From: Candidatus Obscuribacterales bacterium
GTDB lineage: Bacteria > Cyanobacteriota > Vampirovibrionia > Obscuribacterales > Obscuribacteraceae
Assembly: GCA_965228855.1 (NCBI GenBank)
Contig: CBDDIJ010000002.1
Span: 2,048,001-2,112,000, forward strand
Reading direction: 5' to 3'
Length of the DNA: 64,000 nucleotides
In this document: piece after piece, positions 49,874 to 59,789 of the stretch
Layout: the number at the start of each line of letters is the position of its first letter
Position numbering within the stretch: the stretch's first letter is position 1
Position numbers and translations under genes: made by a program
Notes under the pieces: generated by a model
Database searches by the model: none
Seen by the model: the letters and a program-made list of their open reading frames with translations, nothing else
What the model was told of the DNA's origin: nothing

Positions 49874-51004
49874 ATGTCGAGACGACATAACATTCTGATC
49901 GTTGATGACGAAGTAGCCAATCTGCGCCTTCTGCGTCGAGTACTCGGTAGAGACTACGATGTACTCGAGGCTACGAGCGGTCAGGAAGGGCTTGAACTGC
50001 TCAAAAATAACTCGGTGAGTTTGATTATCACCGACCAACGCATGCCTGCTATGACTGGCGTTCAGATGCTTGAACAGTCGCTTCCGGTCAATCCTGATGC
50101 AATTAAAATTTTGTTGACCGGTTATACGGATGTGCAGGCTCTGATTGATGCGATCAATGCCGGACACGTTTATAAGTACATTCCTAAACCGTGGGATGCT
50201 GACGAACTCAAGCTTACTGTTCGACGCGCCCTTGAAACCTTTGAACTGAAAGAACACAACATCACTTTAATCAAAGAGCTCAAATCTGCGATGGGTGAGT
50301 TGGAAGAGCTTTCGATGGGAACTATTCGTGCGCTTGCTGATGCACTCGACGCAAAATGCGATTACACAGCTGGTCACAGCCTTCGCGTCAGCCGAATATC
50401 GATGCTGATCGGCAAAACCATGGGGCTGCCATTCGAAGATCTGCGTGATATCGAACTTGGTGGCATACTTCACGACATCGGTAAAATTGGCGTGCCCGAG
50501 TCGATTTTGTGGAAACCTGCGCAGCTCACGCCGGACGAGCGAGAAGTGATGCGGAAGCATCCATCAATCAGCGCGCAAATCATTGGTGAGCTTCGTGGGC
50601 TTCGTCGCGCTCGTGAATATGTAAAACACCATCACGAGTACTTCGATGGCAACGGCTATCCTGATGGATTGGCGGGTGATGCCATTCCTGTCGGTGCCAG
50701 AATCATTCTAGTATCGGACGCATATGATGCGATGACGACCGACCGACCATACCGTAAAGCCATTGGTCATGAGCGTGCGGTTAAGGAACTCGAGGCAGGA
50801 CGCGGTACTCAATTTGACCCGGTTGTCGTCGATGCGCTGATGAAGCTGCTCGAAGAAGGCCCGGAAGTTTTGAACAAACGTGTCACCGAAGAGTTCGATG
50901 ATAATTTCCTCGGTCTGGGTGTGACAAATGTGGATGCTCGCGCTTCCGGCAAGAACTTTCAGGCCGAAGTCGAGCGGCAAGCCAGAGCGCTGGCTGCCGA
51001 GTAG
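49874..51004 (+). CDS. Response regulator with HD-GYP phosphodiesterase domain (RpfG-like)
   Basis: ILIVDD, ITDQRMP (phospho-Asp), LHDIGKIG, HHEYFDGNGYP and DAYDAMTTDRPY. ATG immediately follows the kinase stop. Confidence 0.93.
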   Translation: MSRRHNILIVDDEVANLRLLRRVLGRDYDVLEATSGQEGLELLKNNSVSLIITDQRMPAMTGVQMLEQSLPVNPDAIKILLTGYTDVQALIDAINAGHVYKYIPKPWDADELKLTVRRALETFELKEHNITLIKELKSAMGELEELSMGTIRALADALDAKCDYTAGHSLRVSRISMLIGKTMGLPFEDLRDIELGGILHDIGKIGVPESILWKPAQLTPDEREVMRKHPSISAQIIGELRGLRRAREYVKHHHEYFDGNGYPDGLAGDAIPVGARIILVSDAYDAMTTDRPYRKAIGHERAVKELEAGRGTQFDPVVVDALMKLLEEGPEVLNKRVTEEFDDNFLGLGVTNVDARASGKNFQAEVERQARALAAE

Positions 51005-51063
51005 GTTTTCGGCTACCGTTAAAAGCGTCTAGTGGTTGAAACTCGCATACCGTGAAGAAGCGC

Positions 51064-53361
51064 CTAGTAGGTCGCCTCTTTGATTCGTTTGATGGCTTCA
51101 TCGATTCGCTGAATGCGATATTTTTTTCCAGATTCCTCGCTGTAGCGTGGAACAGTCCTTGCTTTCATTGCTTCGAGGGCTGGTAGAGCCGGCTTCGCTT
51201 GCGAACCAAGTTGCCCAAGAATGCCCAGTGCCACAGATTCCAGGTCATCGTCAGCGGTAGCTTCAACCAGGTCGGCAAACATGAGATCTTTGAGTTCCTT
51301 GTGGTTACAGTAGGAGAGAATGGACCGCTTCAGCTCTCTGGGAGCATTTGCATACGCACCCTTAACGTATGGCGCAAACTTCGGACCAATTTTTCCGACC
51401 GTGACCAGCGGCACCATTTGAGTCCTCATCGTCACGTTTGGATCATGTTGGATAAGCCAACCACCAATTTCTAAAGTTCGTTGTCGATCTACGTTCGTGT
51501 ACTCCGTGACTCTAAACAATGTCGATATGGCTGCGCGCCGGACCATGAATGCCTCATCATTTAGAGCACTATATTCGAGTGCCTGCACGCGCTCAGGGGT
51601 GGCTCTCGTCTTAGCAAGTACAGTCGCAGCTTCGGACCTTACCTGTGACTCAAAATCTTCGAGCATGAGCCATACGAGAGTGTCGGTTACAGATGTCGGA
51701 AGGGTTGACTCTGAACCGTAGTAGATCGATTGAATAGCTCGCACACGAGTTTTGGGCTCGTCATCGAAAAATAGCGGACTCAGCGCTTCTAATCCCTTAC
51801 TGTTGAAACGCATGATCAAATCAGTAGTGGCAGGTTGAGCTTCCTGCTTGAATGACGCAACCAGGATTGGAAGAACCGAAGGACCGAAGGCCATAATCGC
51901 AGCTTTTGCCGATGAAGAGATTTTTCTGTCCTGGCTGGAGGCTTCCTCGATCAGTGTTGGCACAATTTTCAGACCCATTTTTCTTAGAGGTTCGACACTC
52001 GCCGAACTCCCGTCTTCGCTCTTCAATAATTCACGAACCTGAAGTCTCTCAGCTTCCGGAATGTCATTCTTGGCTAAGTCTACATCTATAGATGTAAACT
52101 GCTGAGACGGGGCTTTTATGATTGGTTTTGAAACTGTCGGTTTTGTATTTACTTCTAGACCGCTTCCACTTGTGACTCGCGCAGGAATTGTTGTGATACT
52201 ACCAATAGTGCTCTGAATTTTTCCGGTGTACAGCCCCATGAATATCAGAAACGCTATCAGACCTGTCAAAAGGAGAGTCGCGCGAATATTGTTTTGAAAC
52301 GGTTTCAAATTTTTTATGGCACTTTCAACTACATCGATAACCTCAGCCTTGCCGTCAGCGGTTGCTTTCGAGATCGCTTTTACATCAGGCAAATCCAGAC
52401 CGGCTGCTTTGGGCTTGCCACCTTTCTGTATTGCTGCGAGGTCCGTCATCAAGTCGTCTGCGGATTGGTATCGTTTATCCGGCCTCTTCTCGAGGCACTT
52501 CGCCACCACCGCCGCTAACTCCCTGCTGACACCAATCGTCGTTAATGCAGGAGCCTTCTCCTTGACGTGTTTGGTCATCAATTTAAACGGATTCGCTTCT
52601 GAAAACGGTGGTCTGCCGCTGAGCATCTCAAACATAACGCAGCCAAAAGAGTATATGTCAGAGCGGGCATCGAGCTCTTCGCCTTCACATTGCTCCGGGC
52701 TCATGTAAGTTGGGGTTCCAAACACATCACCGACTTGAGTTAGTCCTGTGACAGTCTCCGAAGCTGCTTTATTTACGACCTTTGCTATTCCGAAATCAAC
52801 AACCTTAGCTGTTTCCAGACCGTGCTCTCGCTTCATCAAAATAATGTTGCTGGGTTTCAAATCTCGGTGAATTATTCCCTTCGCATGTGCGTATTTGAGC
52901 GCGTCGCAAATTTCTAGAATCAGCGAAAGGGCTCGATTAGCATCGAGGCTGCCGATTGACTTTATCTCTTCTGACAGGTTCTGCCCCGGAATGTAGTCCA
53001 TCACCACATACGGTGCACCCTTATCGGTTTTTCCGTCGGAAATTACTGCGACTATATTCGGATGGTTCAAGTCCGCCAGCGCCAGTGATTCTTGTTGAAA
53101 GCGCTTCAACGCAGCTCTGTCTGTGGCAAGTTCAGGACGAATGACTTTGATTGCGAGCTTCTGATCAGAGCTTCGTTCCTCTGCCAGATAAACCGTTCCC
53201 ATCCCTCCCTGACCTACGATACCTGTGAGATTGTAATTCGGAGCCACCTCTGGAAAAGAGATTGCCTGCTTTTCCTGAACACCCGAATCATCCGCCACAA
53301 CGATATCGGGAGGAGCGTCTCGGAGAAGATTTTTTTTGTTGTCTGCTGATTCTTGGTGCAT
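51064..53361 (-). CDS. Hanks-type Ser/Thr kinase - TM - HEAT-repeat protein
   Basis: GQGGMGTVY, AIKVI, HRDLKPSN, DFGIAK and GTPTYMSPEQ, then a TM helix and PBS-lyase/HEAT-like repeats. Confidence 0.92.
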   Translation of the reverse strand: MHQESADNKKNLLRDAPPDIVVADDSGVQEKQAISFPEVAPNYNLTGIVGQGGMGTVYLAEERSSDQKLAIKVIRPELATDRAALKRFQQESLALADLNHPNIVAVISDGKTDKGAPYVVMDYIPGQNLSEEIKSIGSLDANRALSLILEICDALKYAHAKGIIHRDLKPSNIILMKREHGLETAKVVDFGIAKVVNKAASETVTGLTQVGDVFGTPTYMSPEQCEGEELDARSDIYSFGCVMFEMLSGRPPFSEANPFKLMTKHVKEKAPALTTIGVSRELAAVVAKCLEKRPDKRYQSADDLMTDLAAIQKGGKPKAAGLDLPDVKAISKATADGKAEVIDVVESAIKNLKPFQNNIRATLLLTGLIAFLIFMGLYTGKIQSTIGSITTIPARVTSGSGLEVNTKPTVSKPIIKAPSQQFTSIDVDLAKNDIPEAERLQVRELLKSEDGSSASVEPLRKMGLKIVPTLIEEASSQDRKISSSAKAAIMAFGPSVLPILVASFKQEAQPATTDLIMRFNSKGLEALSPLFFDDEPKTRVRAIQSIYYGSESTLPTSVTDTLVWLMLEDFESQVRSEAATVLAKTRATPERVQALEYSALNDEAFMVRRAAISTLFRVTEYTNVDRQRTLEIGGWLIQHDPNVTMRTQMVPLVTVGKIGPKFAPYVKGAYANAPRELKRSILSYCNHKELKDLMFADLVEATADDDLESVALGILGQLGSQAKPALPALEAMKARTVPRYSEESGKKYRIQRIDEAIKRIKEATY

Positions 53362-53367
53362 GTTTGC

Positions 53368-55674
53368 TTATCGCTCAATGACCTCGATTGCCTTTTCGAG
53401 CTGCTTAGCTTCGTATTCGCGGTACTTGTCGAGAGACCGTTCTAAGCGCAACTGGTGCATTCTAGGTAGCGCTGCTTTGGCTTTCGGACCGAGGTTCCTG
53501 AGGCTGTATAACGCAGTGTTGAATGTTTTTTTGTCACCCAGAGCATCGATTAGTTCCGGAAGCAAAGCTTCACCAGACTCTCTGTCCCAACTCTGGGAGA
53601 TAACTGCAGACTTTGCCCCATCTGAGCCTATCCGATACGCACCTCGAAAATACGGAAGCAGCTCTTTTTTCAAATTTCGCGTCCACCTGATCGCGACTTG
53701 TGCTGTCTGATCATCCTGGTCGTGCTGCATTGTCCAACCCAATACATCCAAAGTTTCTTTGCTGGTATCGCCCTCAGCCTCCGCGATACTTATAAGTGAT
53801 GTTGCTGCAGAGCGGCGGACAACTGGCGACGGATCGTTTAGCATCGCATACTTCAGAGCTTGTTTTGCCCTGGGCGATTCGGAATATCGCACGGCCCGAG
53901 CTGCGTTTGACCTTGTCTCAGCATCAACGTCCTCGAGTAAGGTGTCTACGACTATGGCACTGACATTCTGCGGAAGCGGTTTTCCAGTATCCGCAATTCC
54001 ACTTAGCGCCCTGGTTCTAACTCCGGCATCGGAGTCCGTTAACAACGAGGAAAGTGCCCTTAAACCGGCACCTCCTGACTGTTCCATCGTGTCAGAGATG
54101 AATCTGCTGTCGCTCGTCTTAAACAATTCGACCAGCCGAGGTAAAGCCTCCTTCGGATATCTTGTCAGTACTGTTGACGCCGCTCTTGCTAGTCCGACGT
54201 CGTCGCCACTGACATACTCTAGGAGAGCTGGAATCGCACGCTTTCCCATTTGTAAAACTGGTTGGAGTGTACTTTGATTTGTCAGAGTCAAGTTATAGAG
54301 GGCCGCCTTCAGTTGAGCAGTCTCTTCGTCAGAGAGTGGCGGTCCGCTCAATGGTACCTCTGGCGGTGGCTCCACGTTGGTCAGCTTCACGGGCTCCGGC
54401 TTTGAAATCGACGGCTTCGTATTAACTTCAATGGACGGAACGGTTTCGTTCCAGAAAAGTCGTGCTACCGGATTCGGGGTCGTGCTCGACGAATTCGGAG
54501 CCGAAGTGAGAAATGATATCGATCCGAGTGCGACACATACGAGCACCATGAGCAGGGCGGACAGCTGCATTTTGGAAAGCTTATTTCTAAGATGTTGGGG
54601 ACGTTTTCCATCGCGAATTAAGACAAGATCTCGCATCAGCTGATCGACATCCTGATATCGATCTTCCGGCCTCTTCTCCAGACATTTTGCTACTACAAGA
54701 GCGAGATCGGGATTGATACCTTCTCGCGCAAGCAAGGCGGGACGCTCTTCAACATGCTTGGTCATTAGCTTGAAGGGATTTTTCTCCGTGAAAGGTGGTG
54801 CTCCGCTCAACGTTTCATACATTACGCATCCGAAGGAGTAGATGTCAGAGCGCGCATCAAGCTGGGTTCCTTCACACTGCTCCGGACTCATGTAAGCCGG
54901 TGTTCCGAAGAAGTCTCCGACCTGAGTTAGACCAGTTACAGTCTCACCAGTAACCTTTTTGAGAACTTTAGCGATGCCGAAATCGACTACACGAGCGGAT
55001 TCAATTGCATGTTCTCCACTAGTCAAAATAATATTGCCTGGTTTTAAATCTCTGTGAATTATGTGCTTGTCGTGAGCGTAATGCAGAGCGTCACAGATTT
55101 CGATAAACAGAGGCACTGCTCTCTTCTGACTCAATGCCCCTTCTCGTTGAATTGCGCTTGATAGACTTTGACCTGCTATGTAGTCCATCACCATATATGG
55201 TGCGCCGGCTTCGGTCTTACCGCTCGCAAACACGGCCACGATGTTTGGATGATTGAGATTAGACAGAGCAAGCGATTCTTGCTCAAAACGTTTCAGTGCC
55301 GCTTGATCAGTAGACAATTCCGGTTTAATTACCTTTACGGCAAGCGTTTTGCGCAACTCCACGTCGAGCACTTTGTAAACGCCGCCCATGCCACCGTGAC
55401 CAACCGTCCCCAGTAGCTGAAATTGCTTCGGGAGTATTGGGAGTGGCAGGTTTTGCTCGGCGACCTCGTTGTCGTTCTCGGTCGCGCGCTTTCCGTCGCT
55501 CTCGCTAGCAGTCTGCTCGTTTAGTGCGATCATTTTCTTGCCGGCGAGGTGGCGTTCCTGATCAGATAGAGACCCACCAGGTCTCGCCCATCGACTCTGC
55601 GAAGGGTCAGCGACGGCAGGCTCTTTCAGAACCAGCTCCACTTCTTGGTCTTTCAAATCTTCGTCGGCGGGCAT
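53368..55674 (-). CDS. Hanks-type Ser/Thr kinase - TM - HEAT-repeat protein (tandem paralog)
   Basis: GHGGMGGVY, HRDLKPGN, DFGIAK and GTPAYMSPEQ; same architecture as its neighbour. Start uncertain (55674 or 55707). Confidence 0.92.
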   Translation of the reverse strand: MPADEDLKDQEVELVLKEPAVADPSQSRWARPGGSLSDQERHLAGKKMIALNEQTASESDGKRATENDNEVAEQNLPLPILPKQFQLLGTVGHGGMGGVYKVLDVELRKTLAVKVIKPELSTDQAALKRFEQESLALSNLNHPNIVAVFASGKTEAGAPYMVMDYIAGQSLSSAIQREGALSQKRAVPLFIEICDALHYAHDKHIIHRDLKPGNIILTSGEHAIESARVVDFGIAKVLKKVTGETVTGLTQVGDFFGTPAYMSPEQCEGTQLDARSDIYSFGCVMYETLSGAPPFTEKNPFKLMTKHVEERPALLAREGINPDLALVVAKCLEKRPEDRYQDVDQLMRDLVLIRDGKRPQHLRNKLSKMQLSALLMVLVCVALGSISFLTSAPNSSSTTPNPVARLFWNETVPSIEVNTKPSISKPEPVKLTNVEPPPEVPLSGPPLSDEETAQLKAALYNLTLTNQSTLQPVLQMGKRAIPALLEYVSGDDVGLARAASTVLTRYPKEALPRLVELFKTSDSRFISDTMEQSGGAGLRALSSLLTDSDAGVRTRALSGIADTGKPLPQNVSAIVVDTLLEDVDAETRSNAARAVRYSESPRAKQALKYAMLNDPSPVVRRSAATSLISIAEAEGDTSKETLDVLGWTMQHDQDDQTAQVAIRWTRNLKKELLPYFRGAYRIGSDGAKSAVISQSWDRESGEALLPELIDALGDKKTFNTALYSLRNLGPKAKAALPRMHQLRLERSLDKYREYEAKQLEKAIEVIER

Positions 55675-55750
55675 CTCGGGTTCAGCCTGAGCTCGGGACA
55701 ACAACAATTTGCCCCTAAATAGATAGAACTGAAACAGTTTCTCTAAAAAA

Positions 55751-56887
55751 TCACCCTGCTGAAACCGCTACGTTTGCTTCTATCAGAGCCTGGAAAACAT
55801 CTTGCGGCGGTATATTTACTCCCAATCTGTCCAGCATGCTGCGTGTGCCGCCGCGGGAATCCCAGATTGTTTTAAACCGCGCATCGTTTGGAACCAGAAG
55901 CGCGGGGTTGAAGGGACCGAAGAGCGCGACGAGCGGTTTTCTCAGTCCGATCGCGACGTGCATCGGCGCCGAGTCCACGCATAACATGATATCGCAGAGC
56001 TTCATAAGCGCTGCCAGGTCGGCGAGACTTTTCGTTTGACCGTAGGCTGACACCATATGTGGTAGCTGGTCGCCGGCCTTCTTCAAAATATCCTCGATGA
56101 TCTCTTTATCGTCTGGACCTCCGGCGAGGATTACGACATCTTTATCGCCCTCTGACTTATTTTCATTCTCGCGGCCGATGAGAAAAAGCAAATCGATCCA
56201 GGAATCGGTCGGCCATGTTTTAAAAATTCCCTTCTCCGTTGCAAGTTTACTAGTACCGGGATGCACGAGAATAAGCCGTGACTGAGCGGAGCGTTTCTCG
56301 CGGTTGAGACCACTTTGCGTGATGAATGTCTGCATGCGCTCCAGTGAATCCTGTTTTACAGAAACGCTTGGAATCAATGATTCAGTATGCTTTGCGTCCG
56401 ATACCACAGGTGGTGCCAGGCGTTGCTGTTTCAAAAATCCGAGAGCCAGGTCGTGATACATGGCTGCCGCGTACTGCTTCTTGTCTAAAGGTACCGGCTG
56501 GGTCAGCAGTATTGGCGCCAGTCTATTTGAGTGATATCCAATGCGCTCCGGAATCCCGGATAAAAACAAAAGCGCGGAAACCATCGGTGAACCGCCCGAT
56601 GAAACAACACAATCGTATCCGCCCTCTTTGATTAGTGCGAGTAAATCAACCAGGTCGCCCACGGATAACGGGCGTTTTTTGATATCGAAAGTGATGACAT
56701 TGTCGATGAGACTCGTGAGTTCGGCGACCGACCGGGAGCGCGGCTCTAAAAGCAGCGTTATTGAGGACTTCGGGGCATGATTGCGAATGGTTTGGAGCGT
56801 GGGAAGGAAAAGAATTTCATCGCCAATGCCACCAAAATTGATAGCGAGTATCTTCTTCCGTTCGGATTCTTTACCGTTTTTTATCAT
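55751..56887 (-). CDS. GT9 glycosyltransferase (heptosyltransferase family)
   Basis: NFGGIGDEILFLP, LVHPGTS, KTWP and CVDSAPMHVA. Confidence 0.9.
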   Translation of the reverse strand: MIKNGKESERKKILAINFGGIGDEILFLPTLQTIRNHAPKSSITLLLEPRSRSVAELTSLIDNVITFDIKKRPLSVGDLVDLLALIKEGGYDCVVSSGGSPMVSALLFLSGIPERIGYHSNRLAPILLTQPVPLDKKQYAAAMYHDLALGFLKQQRLAPPVVSDAKHTESLIPSVSVKQDSLERMQTFITQSGLNREKRSAQSRLILVHPGTSKLATEKGIFKTWPTDSWIDLLFLIGRENENKSEGDKDVVILAGGPDDKEIIEDILKKAGDQLPHMVSAYGQTKSLADLAALMKLCDIMLCVDSAPMHVAIGLRKPLVALFGPFNPALLVPNDARFKTIWDSRGGTRSMLDRLGVNIPPQDVFQALIEANVAVSAG

Positions 56888-57018
56888 TGCTCCCCGTGCA
56901 AGACCAGCTCTGGAGGCTGGAGTTTTCTCAGTGTTATAGCCGGATAATCAGGTCAGTTTTGCATGTTGTGAAAACGAACAAAAAGTATAATAGCCGACAG
57001 CCTCTAAGGATTACAGCC

Positions 57019-58239
57019 TTGCAGCCGCGAAACTGGTATCTCACATTCTTAATCTGTGCCCTCATCGGAATTCTTGCTGGGTACATTTTCACGCTGTTCT
57101 ATCAACCGGCACTATTGCCGCCGATGTTGAGATTTGGTTCATTACAACAGCCGACGAATATTTTGTTGCTTGGAACAGATGTTGTTTACTCCGGCAAAGG
57201 TCGTCGGCTCAAGGCCGACCAGCAAGCATTTACGGGACGCTCCGACACCATTATGGTGGCGCGCCTCGATCCATATCGCAACTCATTTGCTGTTCTCTCC
57301 ATCCCGCGCGATACGTATGTGAGAATTCCGCACCACGGAATGAACAAGATAAACGCTGCAAATGCGCTTGGCGGACCGCAGCTCACGATGGAAACCGTTA
57401 CGAATCTGCTCAACATGCCGATCGATCATTATGTAGTTTTGAACGTTCGCGGACTGGTGGCACTGGTCGATGAGATTGGGGGAATCACCATTGATGTCCC
57501 GAAGAAGATGAAATACAGCGACGATACGGCGAAGTTGTATATCAATTTAGAACAAGGTGTTCGCAAATTGAACGGCGTCGAGGCGATGGGTTTCGTTCGA
57601 TTTCGTCACGATGGTCTGGGCGACATCGGTCGAGTTCAGCGCCAGGAGCTGTTTATCAGAGCTGTTTTAGATCGGGCTATGCAACCTGATTCCTGGACGC
57701 ATGTGCCTAAACTTCTCGAAATCGCTCAAGATTATATTGATTCAGATATGTCTTATACGGACTTAACCGGCGTTGCCGCTTTCGTGCGCGCTGTGCCTAA
57801 GGCTAATCAAACACTGGTGATGCTGCCCGGCGGCTTCTCGGGAACTGGCAACTGGGACGTGGATCGAGCCGATATAAGAAGAATGGTTTCGAAACTTACG
57901 GGGACGACCTTCCTCGAATCGAGTCGTGACTCATTGCGTATCACGATTCAGAACGCCAGTTCCGATCGAACTTTCGGCAGAAAGCTCGTGGCGTATTTGA
58001 AGAAGAAAGGTTATAAGCGACTCACAGTTAAACCGCTTGAAGGGAAGCTCAAAGAAGGTAAAGACATCTCCCGAATTATCGCTCAGCGAGGCAATCCCGA
58101 GGATGCGGAGCTGGTTCGCGACGATCTGGATGACTGCGGCGATCTGGTCAACGCATCTGTCGGTGACATCGAAAGTTCAGTCACCGTGGTCGCCGGCGAT
58201 GATCTCGTTGACCTCGTGAGCGGAAATAAGGATAAATAA
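57019..58239 (+). CDS. LCP (LytR-CpsA-Psr) family protein with LytR_C domain
   Basis: TM helix, NILLLGTD, GRSDTIMV, LSIPRDT, KINAA and FVRFRHDGLGDIGRVQRQ. Start uncertain; TTG 57019 has an AAGGA RBS. Confidence 0.92.
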   Translation: MQPRNWYLTFLICALIGILAGYIFTLFYQPALLPPMLRFGSLQQPTNILLLGTDVVYSGKGRRLKADQQAFTGRSDTIMVARLDPYRNSFAVLSIPRDTYVRIPHHGMNKINAANALGGPQLTMETVTNLLNMPIDHYVVLNVRGLVALVDEIGGITIDVPKKMKYSDDTAKLYINLEQGVRKLNGVEAMGFVRFRHDGLGDIGRVQRQELFIRAVLDRAMQPDSWTHVPKLLEIAQDYIDSDMSYTDLTGVAAFVRAVPKANQTLVMLPGGFSGTGNWDVDRADIRRMVSKLTGTTFLESSRDSLRITIQNASSDRTFGRKLVAYLKKKGYKRLTVKPLEGKLKEGKDISRIIAQRGNPEDAELVRDDLDDCGDLVNASVGDIESSVTVVAGDDLVDLVSGNKDK

Positions 58240-58655
58240 GGCTCTCTTGTCAGCCTCTGGAAAGCCACATTCGATGCGAATTTTCGCATTCTGTGTCTTG
58301 TAATAACTTCACAATTGTCATGAGAAGTTTATTTCCGTATATGCGTTGGTATGTTGTTTGTGTCCCTATCCAAGAGATTTTTCAACGGGGTGGCGGCAAG
58401 GTTTGTGAGCGTGCTCTTCCAAGAAGCGCATGACAAGCCGACTTTTGCTCCATTGTTGAACTATTGCTAACAGGAATTGTTCAGACAATATTATGTTTCA
58501 CTTGGAAACAAGGCTATTCCCATACCATTACGGTTGTCGTACAGTATTGGAGTCGTCGGTGGTGACAAACCGATCTCGTTTGAGCTCTCACAGTTCGAGT
58601 CGGGTCACAAGGGCACTAGTTGGCGCAGGAAAGTAAAGAAAGGCAGGCAGGCATC

Positions 58656-58883
58656 ATGATTCATTATGTATATTCAACCCGCGGTGGATACCTCTACATG
58701 GTTGGTCGTTACAACCAAGCTCCTAAACTCCAAAACCAAGACGAATTCGTTTTGACCGTTCCAGATAAGACTTCGCAAACCCAAATCGATTCGCTCGCGC
58801 ATCGTCAATTTATGGATCACCTTCGCAAACCGCGCAAAGTAGTCCATGCGCGTCACGCGAAAAAAGAGCTCGCAACCGTATAG
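58656..58883 (+). CDS. Small hypothetical protein (75 aa)
   Basis: ATG 58656 after a purine-rich RBS-like stretch; followed by a terminator. Confidence 0.55.
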   Translation: MIHYVYSTRGGYLYMVGRYNQAPKLQNQDEFVLTVPDKTSQTQIDSLAHRQFMDHLRKPRKVVHARHAKKELATV

Positions 58884-58929
58884 TCGAGTCGCCGATTCGC
58901 CTTTCATCGGCGAGATATTAAGATCTGTT

Positions 58930-58968
58930 AAGCCGTCGTCCAGAAAATTGGTCGGCGGCTTTTAGTTT
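58930..58968 (+). terminator. Intrinsic terminator
   Basis: AAGCCGTCG...CGGCGGCTT stem followed by TTAGTTT. Confidence 0.65.
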
Positions 58969-59211
58969 CCATTGATTCTTTGGGTGATTTGATACTTAAA
59001 AACGCCAGCCGAATTTGTTGCCAATTAAGCACACGTTACCGCGTTCACTTATATGGGCAGTTTATCTATACTGCGGTGTACTTAGTAACATGGGCAAAAT
59101 TGAGGCGTTATCAGCCATCTAGGTAATCGTAATCTGGCGGCGGCTTCGATTATGATTGGTAACAGAGGCGTTAGAGTCCCGAGCGTTTTTATTTGTTGAG
59201 GAAAAAGCCAT

Positions 59212-59736
59212 ATGCGACGTAGAAGAATTCGTTCTCAAGCGGGTTTCACGCTTATTGAACTCCTGGTTGTAGTCATTATCATTGGTATTCTCGCCGCGAT
59301 TGCGCTCCCGAACTTCATCGGCGCGCAGGACAAAGCGCGCGAAGCTTCCGTGAAAGCGAACATGCGTACTTGTCAGATTGCTGCAGAGTCGTATGCTACT
59401 GACCACGCTGGAAACTATCCAACTATTGACCAAATCAAGCCGTATTATCCGGGAGGCGAAAGTACAGATAATGGAAAGGCTGGCAATCCGTCAGTTAACC
59501 CGTTTAACAGTGCTGCCGAATGGCCTGTTCCGGGAGCGGTATCTGACGTTCAAGCGACCAGGAACGTAGCACCAGATACTCTTGGTGATCCAGGATCAAT
59601 CGAATACAGCACGATTGCAAGTACGACTGGGGGCTCTGGAGCTCCAACCTCCTACGCTATTCGCGGCGCAGGCAAAAGTAAGAAGGCATTGGCAGGTTTG
59701 TCGAATGGGACCACTCTGGTGCTTTCAAACCAGTAA
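59212..59736 (+). CDS. Type IV pilin / pseudopilin
   Basis: Basic leader MRRRRIRSQAG, then FTLIELLVVVIIIGILAAIALPNF (prepilin cleavage site with Glu5). Confidence 0.93.
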   Translation: MRRRRIRSQAGFTLIELLVVVIIIGILAAIALPNFIGAQDKAREASVKANMRTCQIAAESYATDHAGNYPTIDQIKPYYPGGESTDNGKAGNPSVNPFNSAAEWPVPGAVSDVQATRNVAPDTLGDPGSIEYSTIASTTGGSGAPTSYAIRGAGKSKKALAGLSNGTTLVLSNQ

Positions 59737-59789
59737 TTTCGCGGAATTTAGGAGAGGCATTGTAGGATGCCTCTTAGCCATTGGGATTG

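Noticed and set aside
59212..59736. Conductive e-pilin
   Set aside because: It is a long pilin lacking aromatics at mature positions 27 and 32, with low aromatic density.
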